A stretch of 64,000 nt of DNA. Origin: an uncultured Clostridia bacterium (GTDB lineage: Bacteria > Bacillota > Clostridia > TANB77 > CAG-508). The notes beneath the pieces were generated by a model that saw nothing but the letters and a program-made list of their open reading frames with translations, ran no database searches and had not been told where the DNA came from. Where the stretch lies: assembly GCA_963931155.1 (NCBI GenBank), contig OZ006978.1, positions 1,300,692 to 1,364,691 of the forward strand. The letters are read 5' to 3'. Made by a program: the position numbers and the translations under genes. Shown here one piece after another: positions 19,567 through 30,099 of the stretch (its first letter is position 1; every line of letters starts with the position of its first letter).

Positions 19567-21156
19567 ATGTTAGCAATAGAAAAATTTAGAGATGACAAGG
19601 AAAAAAACATTCTTGCTTGTAAATATAAAAATGAAATTAAATCATTAAATGAAGAAGTAGATAATTTAGATGATGTAGTTCCAATAGATCTTACTACAAA
19701 AGATGGAAGAAGAGTTTATCAAAGAGGAATTCTATATATAATGGGGATGGCTTTTAATAGAGTATATCCAAAAGCTTATCTTACAGTAAATTGTCAGCTT
19801 TCAAATTCAATATTTTGTAATGTAGATAATATGAAAGTTACAAACGAAATGATTGAAAACATAAAAAATGAGATGACAGAAATAGTAAAAAGTAATTTGA
19901 AAATAAAAAAAATAGAAATGACAAAAGAAGAAGCAGAAAAATTTTATGAAAGAGAAAAAACATTAAGAGGAATATTACAACTAGATAATAAATATAAAGA
20001 TGAAGTTTCATTATATTTCTGCGAGAATTATTACAACTATTTTTATGGAGTTATGCCAATATCTACAGGATACATAAAGATATTTGATATAGTAAAATAT
20101 CATGATGGATTTTTATTAAGATATCCAGATAAAAAAGCACCATATAAATTAGATAAATATAAAGAAACAAAAAAACTACTACAAACATTAGAGGATTATG
20201 ATGATATATATAAAGTATTAAATGTAAATACAATATATAAACTAAATAAAAAGATAGAAGAAGGAAAATCAAAAGAACTAATTTTACTTGCAGAAGCATT
20301 ACATGAGAAAAAAATATCTGATATAGCAGATAAAATTGTAAAAAGAAAAAATATAAAAATAATATTAATAGCAGGACCTTCATCATCAGGAAAAACTACA
20401 TTTGCACAAAGATTAGGAATACAATTAAAGCTAAATGGAATTAAGCCACTTACAATATCTGTAGACAATTATTTTGTTGAAAGAGAAAATACTCCAAAAG
20501 ATGAAAATGGTCAATATGATTTTGAAAGATTGGATTCAATAGATTTGAAATTATTTAATGATCACTTAACAAAATTGCTAAATGGAGAAGAAGTTGATTT
20601 ACCTACATTTAACTTTAAAACAGGACATAAAGAATATAAGGGTAATAAAATGAGAATGAGAAACAATGAGATATTAGTTATAGAAGGAATCCATTGTTTA
20701 AATGATAAATTAACAGAAGCAATACCAAAAGAGCAAAAATATAAAATATATATTAGTGCATTAACAGTTCTAAACATAGATTACTATAATAGAATTTCCA
20801 CAACAGATACAAGATTAATACGTAGAATAGTTAGAGATAATAACTTTAGAGGATATAAAGCGCTTCATACATTAGAAAATTGGGAAATGGTTAATAAAGG
20901 AGAAGAAAGCTATATATATCCATTTCAAGAAGATGCAGATAGTATGTTTAATACATCATTAATATATGAAATATCAGTACTAAAAAAATATGCTCTACCA
21001 CTACTAAAAGAGATCGATAATACTCATCCCGAATATTCAGAAGCACAAAGTTTATGTGAACTATTAAAATATTTTGATGATATAGACGATGAATATATAC
21101 CTAAAAATTCCCTAATAAGAGAGTTTATAGGAGGAAGTATATTTGATGTACAATAA
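19567..21156 (+). CDS. uridine kinase-family P-loop NTPase with N-terminal TGS-like domain
   Basis: Walker A IAGPSSSGKTTF inside a PRK/uridine-kinase-like core. Strong SD AGGAGG. Confidence 0.65.
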   Translation: MLAIEKFRDDKEKNILACKYKNEIKSLNEEVDNLDDVVPIDLTTKDGRRVYQRGILYIMGMAFNRVYPKAYLTVNCQLSNSIFCNVDNMKVTNEMIENIKNEMTEIVKSNLKIKKIEMTKEEAEKFYEREKTLRGILQLDNKYKDEVSLYFCENYYNYFYGVMPISTGYIKIFDIVKYHDGFLLRYPDKKAPYKLDKYKETKKLLQTLEDYDDIYKVLNVNTIYKLNKKIEEGKSKELILLAEALHEKKISDIADKIVKRKNIKIILIAGPSSSGKTTFAQRLGIQLKLNGIKPLTISVDNYFVERENTPKDENGQYDFERLDSIDLKLFNDHLTKLLNGEEVDLPTFNFKTGHKEYKGNKMRMRNNEILVIEGIHCLNDKLTEAIPKEQKYKIYISALTVLNIDYYNRISTTDTRLIRRIVRDNNFRGYKALHTLENWEMVNKGEESYIYPFQEDADSMFNTSLIYEISVLKKYALPLLKEIDNTHPEYSEAQSLCELLKYFDDIDDEYIPKNSLIREFIGGSIFDVQ

Positions 21157-21226
21157 AAATAAATGCTGATTAATGTAAAGATATACACAACAAGAAAAGC
21201 AATATTAAAATAAATAGGAGCAAAAA

Positions 21227-21538
21227 ATGGAAAAAAGATTTACTGAAATAGATGAAGAGTTTATATGTGATAATTGTGGAAAAAAAGTTCCGAAATTAGG
21301 ATATTCTTGCAGAGACCATTGCCCAAAATGTTTACATTCAAAACATGTAGATATAAATCCAGGGGATAGAATGGAAGAATGTCATGGAGATTTAGAGCCA
21401 GTCTCATTAGAAATAGATAGTAAAAAAGGTTATGTGATAATATATAAATGCAAAAAATGTGGAGCTATTAGAAAAAACAAAGCAGCAAAAGATGATAATA
21501 TGGATTTAATAATAGAGCTTAGTAGTAAGCAAATTTAA
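21227..21538 (+). CDS. RNHCP domain zinc-ribbon protein
   Basis: CDNCG ... CRDHCPKC ... CKKCG cysteine pattern. The RNHCP signature is present. Confidence 0.6.
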   Translation: MEKRFTEIDEEFICDNCGKKVPKLGYSCRDHCPKCLHSKHVDINPGDRMEECHGDLEPVSLEIDSKKGYVIIYKCKKCGAIRKNKAAKDDNMDLIIELSSKQI

Positions 21539-21584
21539 GTAATTTAATTATTTAATTTAATTTAGAATAGTAAGAAGCATTTCT

Positions 21585-21875
21585 TAAATTGTAGAATTTA
21601 TCAAAAAAGCAAGAAGAATTTTTAAAAAAGCTCAATTAACTTGTCCTTCAAGCTATTTGTAGCAAGAGCTTATAATGAAATTTTGTTGGCACTCTCACCT
21701 TAGTAGGTGAGACGCCTTAACAAAATTTCAAAATAATCTCTATGCACAAATACTTTCAAAAACCATGTTTAATTTCACTTTTTGAAAAATTTCTTCTTGC
21801 TTTTTTTAATTTTAGTTTTTTAAATGCTATATTTTTAAATGCTATATTATTAAAATTCTACATTCCTTTAAACTC
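21585..21875. repeat. large imperfect palindrome (~290 bp) with central hairpin 21676-21728
   Basis: Arms share tgtagaattt and aaaaagcaagaagaatttttaaaaa. Central stem aaattttgttggcactctcacc/ggtgagacgccttaacaaaattt. Lies between convergent genes. Confidence 0.4.
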
Positions 21876-22189
21876 TAGCTTTTTTAACTAATTAAACATC
21901 TCTGTACAAATTGCCTCTTGTATACTGCCTTCCTTCTAAGCTTTCACCAAAAAATGTAGCTTTTGCAATAGAATTTATCTCATCAATTGATTCATCTATA
22001 CAATCTATTCTAAAAGAATTTATATTAGTTTTTATATCTGTAATACAAGTGATTTTACTATTAAAAATTGTTGTTACTGTCTGAATGTTGTCTGGTAAAA
22101 CTCTAAAATTAAAGCCAAGTCTATCTCTTAGATAATATTTATTAGATAGCGTTTTGCATCTCATTTTACATTCAGGATAGCATTTGTTA

Positions 22190-24400
22190 CTATTTCCGAA
22201 GAACGCAATAGTTCATTTTCATAACAGGTGTGTTTCCGTATACTATTAATTCTAAAGGAATATTAGCCTTTTTTGTTTTTTCAATATAATTTATATCATT
22301 TAAATTCAATTCTGGTGAAAGTGTTATTTTTGATAATCCTAAATCTGATAATGAATTTACACTTATTTGGTTAAAAGCATTTAGTGAAAAATTACCTATA
22401 AATTCGTAGTCGTCTTTATAATTATCTAATAATACAAAATCACCAAGACTAGATATAATAAATCCAGATATATGATATTTGTTTATCATAATGTCTAAAC
22501 TATGTTTTATTATATTTTTATAATTGGTTTTAGCTATAGCAGGCATATATATGTAAGTTTTAAAATTTTCGGTAATTTGTCTTATTTGATTAATATAATT
22601 TTTATTGTTTAAATGCCTCAAAGGTATATATACACTTGAAATATATTCTTTTGAAAGCTTAGTATAATCAAATTCAGGATGGATTTCATTTAAATAAATT
22701 GATATATGTCTTGTAGTATTATTTAAATGAGTATTAGACAAATTGTTATTATATTCACAAGTTAATAATTGTTCTATTTTATCATCTGCTGTACTATTTG
22801 TGTCTCTTTTAATTCTAGAAATAATAATATTTTCTATTTGAGATAGAATAACTCTTCTAATTTCATTTATTTCTTTAATTCCTGGAATAAAAATATCGTT
22901 ATCCATTTCTATTTTTATCTTTTCAAATTCAAAAGGGGAATTAGTGGTTTTAGTTAACTGCGAAATTATTCGTTCTTCATTAGTAGGACTTTTTAAAGCT
23001 TTTTCTGGAACTATTTTGCTTTCATAATTTACAGAAATATTATTAAAAATGCTATTTCTCATATGATTACATACATAAGCATTTGCGGAAATATTAGTTC
23101 CTTTTTTTGCTATAATTTTTATGCCTAGAGGAATTTTCTTGCTTTCAGAATTATATGAAAATTTTGCTTTTTCAATTTGCTTTTTACTAGACAATTTATA
23201 TATTTTATCACCTAAATGAATATGTCCTTTCATTCTTCCAATAATAACCTTTTCTCCGTTTCTTAGCATAGGTAAGGTTAGTATTATTAAGCATAAGTTC
23301 AGAAACAGTATATCTAGTATTTTCGTTTTCAAAATTAATAGTATCTCCAATACCTAATTCTTCATTTAAAAGTATTTTTATATGTCCTTTAATCTTATTA
23401 TATCCAGCAACATTGCCTATATATATTCCCATATTATTGGGTTTTTCCTTGCAAATCAAATTATGATTAGCATGATTATCTAGGTGGCCAGATGAAAATC
23501 CACCTCTATTAAAAATTTGTTTTAATTCATGTACATCATCATTGTCAACAATATATGTAGCTCCGCTTAAAACCATATCAATATATTTTCTATATATTCT
23601 AGTAACGGTTGCAACATATTCTGGTGATTTTAATCTGCCTTCTATTTTAAAACACTTTACACCAGCTTTAATAAGTGATGGAATATATTCTAATAAACAT
23701 AAATCTTTTGGGCTTATAAGATAACCCTTATCAATTTTATGCTCTATTATTTTTTTATTATTAGTTTGCTCTTCTATTAATTCATAAGGCAGTCTACAAG
23801 GCTGAGCACATTTACCTCTGTTGCCAGATCTTCCACCAACCATACTAGAAAACAAACATTGACCAGAATACGATATACAAAGAGCACCATGTACAAAAGT
23901 TTCTATTTCAATATTTGAATTTTTAGTTATAAATTCAATTTCTGGAAGAGAAAGTTCTCTAGATAGTACAGCTCTAGAATATCCAAGCTTTTCTAACTGT
24001 TGCACACCTTCTAGATTGTGAATTGTCATTTGAGTACTAGCATGTATAGGAATATTTGGAAAAAGCTTTTTTATAAATTTAGCAAGACCAATATCTTGAA
24101 TAATTAAAGCATCTATGCCTAGTTCTATAGCTTTTTTTGCAAGTAAAACAGCATCTTTAAATTCACTATCTTTTATAAGTATGTTTAAAGCAAGATGAGT
24201 TTTTACATTCCTTAAAGCACAATAATTTATAACTTTCTCAAGTTCTTCAAAATCAAAATTTGTGGCAGTTGCTCTAGCATTAAACAGGTTTCCACCAAAA
24301 TATACACTATTTGCACCATTTTGAACAGCTGCTTTTATACATTCAAAATCTCCGAGCAGGAGATAAAAGTTCAACATCATATTTCATTTGGAAAACTCCT
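22190..24400 (-). pseudogene. peptidase U32 family (collagenase-like), disrupted by at least two frameshifts
   Basis: U32 motifs across two overlapping ORFs (23208-24380 and 22190-23350) in different frames. A third frame carries the expected N-terminus MKYDVELLSPA before the GDFECIKAAV consensus, with an SD. Confidence 0.7.
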
Positions 24401-24518
24401 ATTCTTAACTCATGATATTATTAAAATAATTATATTATATGGGCTAAAAAAAATCAAATTGTAACCAAAAACAAAAAAACGCATAGTATATATAAATAAA
24501 AAGAAGGGGGTTTTATAT

Positions 24519-24665
24519 ATGCAAGAAGAAGTAAGAAATTGTGGATGTGATAATGGTGGCTTTTTAGGAAACTTCTTTGGAGGTTGTGGTTGCCAAGACA
24601 ATAGTATGTTATTTTTTATACTAATATTCTTAATTTTATTTTGCAATTGTGGTTGTAATAGATAA
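24519..24665 (+). CDS. YjcZ-like small sporulation protein (Gly/Cys-rich, hydrophobic tail), 48 aa
   Basis: Not in the ORF track (<60 aa). Strong SD AAGAAGGGGG 9 nt upstream. Sequence MQEEVRNCGCDNGGFLGNFFGGCGCQDNSMLFFILIFLILFCNCGCNR. Confidence 0.45.
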   Translation: MQEEVRNCGCDNGGFLGNFFGGCGCQDNSMLFFILIFLILFCNCGCNR

Positions 24666-24809
24666 ATAAAACATATATTGCTTAGAATAAACATAGTATA
24701 TAATAAAACAAAAAGAGATAAAGTAGAAAACTTTATCTCTTTGAAGTTTTATAAATAGGAATAGAAAAGTCGAAAAGTCTTGACAAACACTATACATATT
24801 GATAATATT

Positions 24810-25340
24810 ATGGATGTAGAAATGGAGGAAAACGTGTTATATCCAAAAGAGTATTTTAATAGTGTTAAAGATATAAGTATAGAATTACTGAATAAACATA
24901 ATATAAAGGGATTAATACTTGATGTAGATAATACACTAATAAATTTAGATAGAAAAATGCCTGAAGGTATTTCTGATTGGGCAAAAAATCTAAAAGATTA
25001 TGGAATAAAAATATGTATATTATCAAATAGTAATAAAATAGATAAAGTAGGAGCAGTTGCTAAAATATTAAATGTACCATATATCTTTTTTGGAAAAAAA
25101 CCATTGAAGTCAGGATTTTTAAGGGCAAAAGAAATTCTTAAATTAGATAATGAAAACATTGCTGTAGTCGGAGACCAAATTTTTACAGATATAATAGGTG
25201 CAAATAGATGCAACATGTATTCAATATTAGTAAAACCAATAGAGGAAAAAGATTATTTAATAACAAGAATTAAAAGACCAATAGAAAAACTTATAATTAA
25301 AAACTATGAAAAAGATAAAAGGAGAAAAAGTTTAAAATAA
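24810..25340 (+). CDS. YqeG-family HAD phosphatase (HAD-IIIA)
   Basis: DVDNTL motif I and YqeG-like layout. Start uncertain: TTG at 24780, ATG at 24810 or 24822, or GTG at 24834. Confidence 0.7.
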   Translation: MDVEMEENVLYPKEYFNSVKDISIELLNKHNIKGLILDVDNTLINLDRKMPEGISDWAKNLKDYGIKICILSNSNKIDKVGAVAKILNVPYIFFGKKPLKSGFLRAKEILKLDNENIAVVGDQIFTDIIGANRCNMYSILVKPIEEKDYLITRIKRPIEKLIIKNYEKDKRRKSLK

Positions 25341-25374
25341 AACTAAAATGAAACACATAAAACGGAGGAGAAAA

Positions 25375-26115
25375 ATGTATATTAATGAATTACATATATT
25401 AACATATGTTATAGTAGGAGTAATAGGATTAATAGTTGGGCAATTTGTTGATTGGTGTAACCTAAGAATGGCTGAACATAAAAAAATCATATCAAGAGAT
25501 TTTTTTAAGGAATATTTAAAAAATGCTAGACCAAAATATTTATTAATGATTATTAGTTCAATTGCGTATATAGTCTTACTATATTTTAAAGGATTAACTA
25601 TAGATACAATTAAATTTATGTTTTTAATACCAATGCTTCTAAATGCATTTATGATTGATTTTAAATCACAAATTATTCCAAATAGATTAACACTTACAGT
25701 GTTTGAAACAGGATTAATATTTACATTCATAGAAACATTGCAAAATACAAATTTAGGAATTAATATATTTATAGATAATATGCTAGGAATGTTAATAGGA
25801 GGAGGTATTTTCTTATTAATAACATTACTAGGAGGGCTAATGGCAAGAAAAGAAGCCATGGGGTTCGGAGACGTAAAACTTATGGCGGCTTTAGGGTTAT
25901 TCTTTGGTTGGATGAATATAATTCTAATATCAGTAATGTCCTTTTTATTTGCAGCAATTGTAAGTATAGTAATATTAATTAGTAGAAAGAAAAAATCTAG
26001 TGAATATATTCCATTTGGACCATTTATTGTAGTTGCTAGTTTAATACCAATATATATGTCTACATCAGACATTTTAATGGTGCTATTAAAAATATTTTCA
26101 TTAGGTACATATTAA
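25375..26115 (+). CDS. prepilin peptidase (A24 family)
   Basis: Polytopic membrane protein with GFGDVKLMAALGLFFGW. Start at the ATG after ACGGAGGAG. The ORF is open from 25348. Confidence 0.8.
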   Translation: MYINELHILTYVIVGVIGLIVGQFVDWCNLRMAEHKKIISRDFFKEYLKNARPKYLLMIISSIAYIVLLYFKGLTIDTIKFMFLIPMLLNAFMIDFKSQIIPNRLTLTVFETGLIFTFIETLQNTNLGINIFIDNMLGMLIGGGIFLLITLLGGLMARKEAMGFGDVKLMAALGLFFGWMNIILISVMSFLFAAIVSIVILISRKKKSSEYIPFGPFIVVASLIPIYMSTSDILMVLLKIFSLGTY

Positions 26116-26167
26116 AATAAATATAATAAAAATAGAGTGATGTATGTATTAAATAAGGGGGGATTTT

Positions 26168-27235
26168 ATGAATCCAAAGATTAAATGGCTAAGAGATAAA
26201 ATAAATATGGAAAATATGCAAGGAATGATAATATCAAACCCTGTTAATATACGATACCTCACAGGAATAACAGCAGAAGGATTATTAATTATTACAAGAA
26301 AAGAAAATTTTTTCATAACAGATGCAAGATATTTAGAAGAAGTAAAATCTACATTAACTATTAATGATGAAATAATAGTTAGTGATATTTCTACTATTAC
26401 AAGAGATGATTACGAAAATTTCTTTTTGTTTTGCGAAAATGTAGGATTTGAAGAGAATTATATAACTTATGCTACATATAAAAAATATATAGAAAGATAT
26501 AAAATAAATAATTTTGAAGAAACAGAGAACTTAATAGAAAAACAAAGAATGATTAAAGATGACGAAGAGATAGGATTAATAGAAAAAGCTTGTTTTATAA
26601 CTGATCAATGCTTTACACATATATGTGATTTTATAAAAGTAGGAATGACAGAAAAAGAAATTGAATTTGAAATAGAAAAATTCTATAGAGAAAATGGTGC
26701 AGATGGACTAGCATTTGATACAATAGTAGCATCTGGAAAAAATTCTTCAAAACCACATGCAAGACCAACAGACAAAAAAATAGAAGCAGGAGATGCAATA
26801 ACCATTGATATGGGATGTAAATATAAAGGTTATTGCTCAGATATGACAAGAACAATATTTGCAGGTTATGTTCCTGTACAAATTCAAAAAATATATGATT
26901 TAGTTTTGAAAAATGAAATTCAAACTCTAAAAGAATATAAAGATGGAGTAAGTATTAGATTAGTTAGCAAAATGGTAGAAAATGATTTTAAACTAAATGG
27001 ATATGACTTAGTGCATAGTTTAGGACATGGAGTTGGTTTAGAAATCCATGAAATGCCATTTATTAACGGAAAAAATGATAATATATTAAAAGCAAATATG
27101 GTTGTTACAAATGAGCCGGGAATATATATACCAGGAAGTTTTGGCGTTAGAATAGAAGATACAGTATTAATTACAAAATCTGGATGTATAAGTTTAACTA
27201 AATCTGATAAAAATTATATAGTAGTAGATAAATAA
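26168..27235 (+). CDS. Xaa-Pro aminopeptidase (M24 family)
   Basis: M24 pita-bread fold motifs (HGVGLEIHE, NEPGIY). Confidence 0.85.
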   Translation: MNPKIKWLRDKINMENMQGMIISNPVNIRYLTGITAEGLLIITRKENFFITDARYLEEVKSTLTINDEIIVSDISTITRDDYENFFLFCENVGFEENYITYATYKKYIERYKINNFEETENLIEKQRMIKDDEEIGLIEKACFITDQCFTHICDFIKVGMTEKEIEFEIEKFYRENGADGLAFDTIVASGKNSSKPHARPTDKKIEAGDAITIDMGCKYKGYCSDMTRTIFAGYVPVQIQKIYDLVLKNEIQTLKEYKDGVSIRLVSKMVENDFKLNGYDLVHSLGHGVGLEIHEMPFINGKNDNILKANMVVTNEPGIYIPGSFGVRIEDTVLITKSGCISLTKSDKNYIVVDK

Positions 27236-27350
27236 TGGACTAAATATATTTATTTTAGCTAAATACAAGGGCTTTTACTTGATTTACAGAGTAACATATG
27301 GTACAATAATTAAAGTTTAAATTTATGTTAATTTGAAAGGAGAAATAAAT

Positions 27351-27917
27351 ATGGCAGAAGTATATTCAGCAGGAGATTTTAGAAATGGAACAACATTTGA
27401 AATGGACGGAAATGTATTTAAAGTAGTAGAATTTCAACATGTTAAACCAGGGAAAGGGTCAGCATTTGTTAGAACAAAATTAAAAAACGTTATATCAGGA
27501 GCAGTAATAGAAAAAACATTTAATCCATCAGAGAAATTTCCAGCTGCAGAAATAGAAAAAAGAGAAATGCAATACTTATATAATGATGGAGGGTTATATT
27601 ATTTCATGGACAATGAAACATATGAGCAAATGCCTCTAAACGAAGAACAAATTGGTGATGGATTAAAATTCTTAAAAGAGAATATGAATGTGAAAATATT
27701 ATCATACAAAGGAAATGTATTTTCAGTAGAACCTCCAATGTTTGTTGAATTAGAAGTTACATATACAGAACCAGGATTTGCAGGAAACACAACAACTACA
27801 TCAGGAAAACCTGCGACACTTGAAAATGGATACAAACTTACTGTACCTTTATTTATAAATATAGGTGATGTTGTTAGAATAGATACAAGAACTGGCGAAT
27901 ATATGGAAAGAGTTTAA
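27351..27917 (+). CDS. efp: elongation factor P
   Basis: Canonical EF-P sequence including KPGKG. SD GAAAGGAG. Confidence 0.95.
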   Translation: MAEVYSAGDFRNGTTFEMDGNVFKVVEFQHVKPGKGSAFVRTKLKNVISGAVIEKTFNPSEKFPAAEIEKREMQYLYNDGGLYYFMDNETYEQMPLNEEQIGDGLKFLKENMNVKILSYKGNVFSVEPPMFVELEVTYTEPGFAGNTTTTSGKPATLENGYKLTVPLFINIGDVVRIDTRTGEYMERV

Positions 27918-27934
27918 GGAGGAATTTGTTATAT

Positions 27935-28471
27935 ATGTCTGATATAAAGGGTAAATATATGAAAATATTAGATGAATTAGAATCTAATATTAAAAATAAA
28001 GAAGATTTAGCTATAGCAAAAGAAAAATTCATGGAATTAACCGTAGTTTTTATGGATATAGTTGATAGATTGACTTTTTTAACAGATGAAAGAATAAAAA
28101 ACATTGAAGAAAAACAAGTAGAAATTAATAATAGATTAAGTAATGTACAGTCAATTGTAGATGGAATAGAAGAAGATATTTATGATGAGGAAGATGAAGA
28201 AGATGGTTATGAATTTGAAATAGTTTGTCCTTATTGTAATTACGAATTTACCACTGATATAGCAGATGAAGAAAGAAATGAAATAAAATGTCCTAAATGT
28301 AATAATATAATAGAATTAGATTGGAATACAGATGAAGAGTATGCTTGTTCAGGAGATTGCTCACATTGTCATGAACAGGTTGCAGAAGATAATGTAGAAT
28401 ATAACAAAAATTCTAAAAACAAGAAGAAAAAAGATGATAGTTCAGAAGCAAACAATGAAGATGATATGTAA
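27935..28471 (+). CDS. hypothetical protein with C-terminal CxxC zinc-ribbon motifs
   Basis: SD AAGGAGG. Motifs CPYCNYEF, CPKCNN, CSHCHE. Confidence 0.55.
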   Translation: MSDIKGKYMKILDELESNIKNKEDLAIAKEKFMELTVVFMDIVDRLTFLTDERIKNIEEKQVEINNRLSNVQSIVDGIEEDIYDEEDEEDGYEFEIVCPYCNYEFTTDIADEERNEIKCPKCNNIIELDWNTDEEYACSGDCSHCHEQVAEDNVEYNKNSKNKKKKDDSSEANNEDDM

Positions 28472-28474
28472 TAA

Positions 28475-28510
28475 AAAAGCTTAAAGATAAAAAATCTTTA
28501 AGCTTTTTTA
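28475..28510 (+). terminator. rho-independent terminator
   Basis: Stem agcttaaagat/atctttaagct followed by tttttt. Confidence 0.65.
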
Positions 28511-28511
28511 T

Positions 28512-28672
28512 GTAATAGGAAATTTCTCCGAAATTCCTATTACATAAAAAGGCTATAATCGCTATTGCCTTTGAGATTTCCTCCTTGACGTCGGAAACTC
28601 AAATCGGCAAGAACAAAGGGCGACTGCGTCGCTTTGTTCTGTAATAGGAAATTTCTCCGAAGTTCCTATTAC
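28512..28672 (+). repeat. complete MITE/PATE-like element: 32-nt palindromic hairpin + 96-nt core + 32-nt hairpin
   Basis: gtaataggaaatttctccgaaattcctattac at both ends. Core ends with gaacaaagggcgac-tgc-gtcgctttgttc. Confidence 0.6.
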
Positions 28673-28694
28673 ATAAAATGCTAAAAAATTTGAA

Positions 28695-29316
28695 TTAATC
28701 AAACAAAGTTAAAGGATTTATATATTCATCATTAATTCTTACTCCAAAATGAAGATGTGGACCAGTAGTTGCTCCATTAGTTGGATTTCCGTTTTCATCA
28801 TAATATTGATTGCCTTTAACCCCATAGACGTTTTTAGGACCAACATAACCAACAACTTGTCCCTGAAGTACAGAATCACCTTTTTTTACTATATAAACAG
28901 GAGAAACATGACAATATGTAAATTTCATATTATCTTTAGAAAGTGTAATAGTATAACCACCTCCACCTAAGAAACCTGTAAAAGTTATTATACCAGAAGT
29001 AACAGCGATAAGTTTGCTACCTTCAGGTGCACCAATATCTAGTCCAGAATGATATGTAGAAGCACCGAGATGTAGGTGAGGTTCTATAACCAAAATATGA
29101 ATTTATTGTAGTATATCCAGGAGAAGGCCATACATATCCAGAAGAACTAATATCCATTGATATAATAGAATTAGAAGAAGATGGTGAGATATAAGCTAAA
29201 GAAGAGTCAGACATAAAAGGTGTGAAAAACATAGAAATAAAAAGAACTAAACAAATTAAAAAAATCATTAAAAATTTAAAAGGCATAAAAAAACTATTAG
29301 ACATAAAAACCTCCAT
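28695..29316 (-). pseudogene. M23 family metallopeptidase, frameshifted
   Basis: N-terminal ORF (29023-29316) has the signal peptide and WPSPGYTTINSYFGYR. C-terminal ORF (28695-29093) has EPHLHLGASTYHSGLDIGAP and HLHFGV. Frame break at about 29090. Confidence 0.65.
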
Positions 29317-29349
29317 TGTAATCTAATAGCCCCCGATTATAATTGCTTT

Positions 29350-29874
29350 TTAATTATCATTTTTATTAGATTTAAAAGCAAAAAATTTACTAATAAAGAA
29401 ATTCAAAATAATTACTATTATTGTTATTAAACATTTACTAACTATTATAGGAAAAGGCGCATAATTAAATAGCAAAGTTCCACCAAAAGATTCAATAAAC
29501 ATTGTAAACAATCTTCCTAAAATAAATTTTGAAAATTCTATAAATTTTTCTCCAAAGCCTTGAGCTTCAGAATGAAAAACTAAATCTTTATTTGTAACAT
29601 AAGCAACTAATACTGCAAGAACTATTGCAATATTATTAGCTGAAGTAGAATTAATTCCAAAAAAAGTAGATAATACGTAAAAAGAACCTATATTGACTAA
29701 AGTGGTTAAGGCGCCAAAAACCACGTACAATATAACTTCTTTACTAAAAAGCTTTTGGCAAAAACTTTTTTTGAATTTTTTTTGTTCAATTAACTGATTG
29801 TTATCTAATTCGTTTTCGTTAGTTTTTTTTATATTATTAATTTTTGTATTTAAGTTTTTATTTAAATCTTCCAT
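29350..29874 (-). CDS. GtrA family membrane protein
   Basis: GtrA-like four-TM layout. Start trimmed to the internal ATG (MEDLN) because the longer ORF would overlap tRNA-Trp. Confidence 0.65.
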   Translation of the reverse strand: MEDLNKNLNTKINNIKKTNENELDNNQLIEQKKFKKSFCQKLFSKEVILYVVFGALTTLVNIGSFYVLSTFFGINSTSANNIAIVLAVLVAYVTNKDLVFHSEAQGFGEKFIEFSKFILGRLFTMFIESFGGTLLFNYAPFPIIVSKCLITIIVIILNFFISKFFAFKSNKNDN

Positions 29875-29885
29875 AAAAAATCCTT

Positions 29886-29961
29886 TGGCAGGGGTACTAA
29901 GATTCGAACTCAGACTTGTGGTTTTGGAGACCATCGTGCTAACCATTAACACTATACCCCT
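29886..29961 (-). tRNA. tRNA-Trp (anticodon CCA)
   Basis: Cloverleaf folded by hand: acceptor AGGGGUA/UACCCCU, D stem GUGU/GCAC, anticodon loop CUCCAAA, T arm CUGAG-UUCGAAU-CUUAG, discriminator G, CCA encoded. Confidence 0.9.
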
Positions 29962-30010
29962 ATAAAATTACTTTATTATCTTAGCACAAAAAAAAAATTA
30001 ATGCAAGAGA

Positions 30011-30062
30011 AAAAAGAAAAAAACATGAAAAAAGTAGAGGCCCCCGTTTGCACGGAGGCCTC
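30011..30062 (-). terminator. GC-rich rho-independent terminator of the Cys-rich gene
   Basis: gaggcccccg-tttgca-cggaggcctc followed on the - strand by a U-tract. Confidence 0.7.
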
Positions 30063-30099
30063 AGATAGAACCAGCTCTGAATTTAGTCCGTCAGAAGAG

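Noticed and set aside
23208-23350. Programmed ribosomal frameshift in the U32 peptidase
   Set aside because: A second, independent frame disruption exists near the N-terminus and there is no slippery heptamer. A pseudogene or sequencing error is more likely.
25332-26072. 246-aa - strand ORF fully overlapping the prepilin peptidase gene
   Set aside because: The + strand product has the clear A24 peptidase motif. The antisense frame is an AT-rich artefact.
29875-29952. N-terminal extension of the GtrA ORF overlapping tRNA-Trp
   Set aside because: It would overlap a well-folded tRNA gene. An internal ATG just past the tRNA is the more plausible start.
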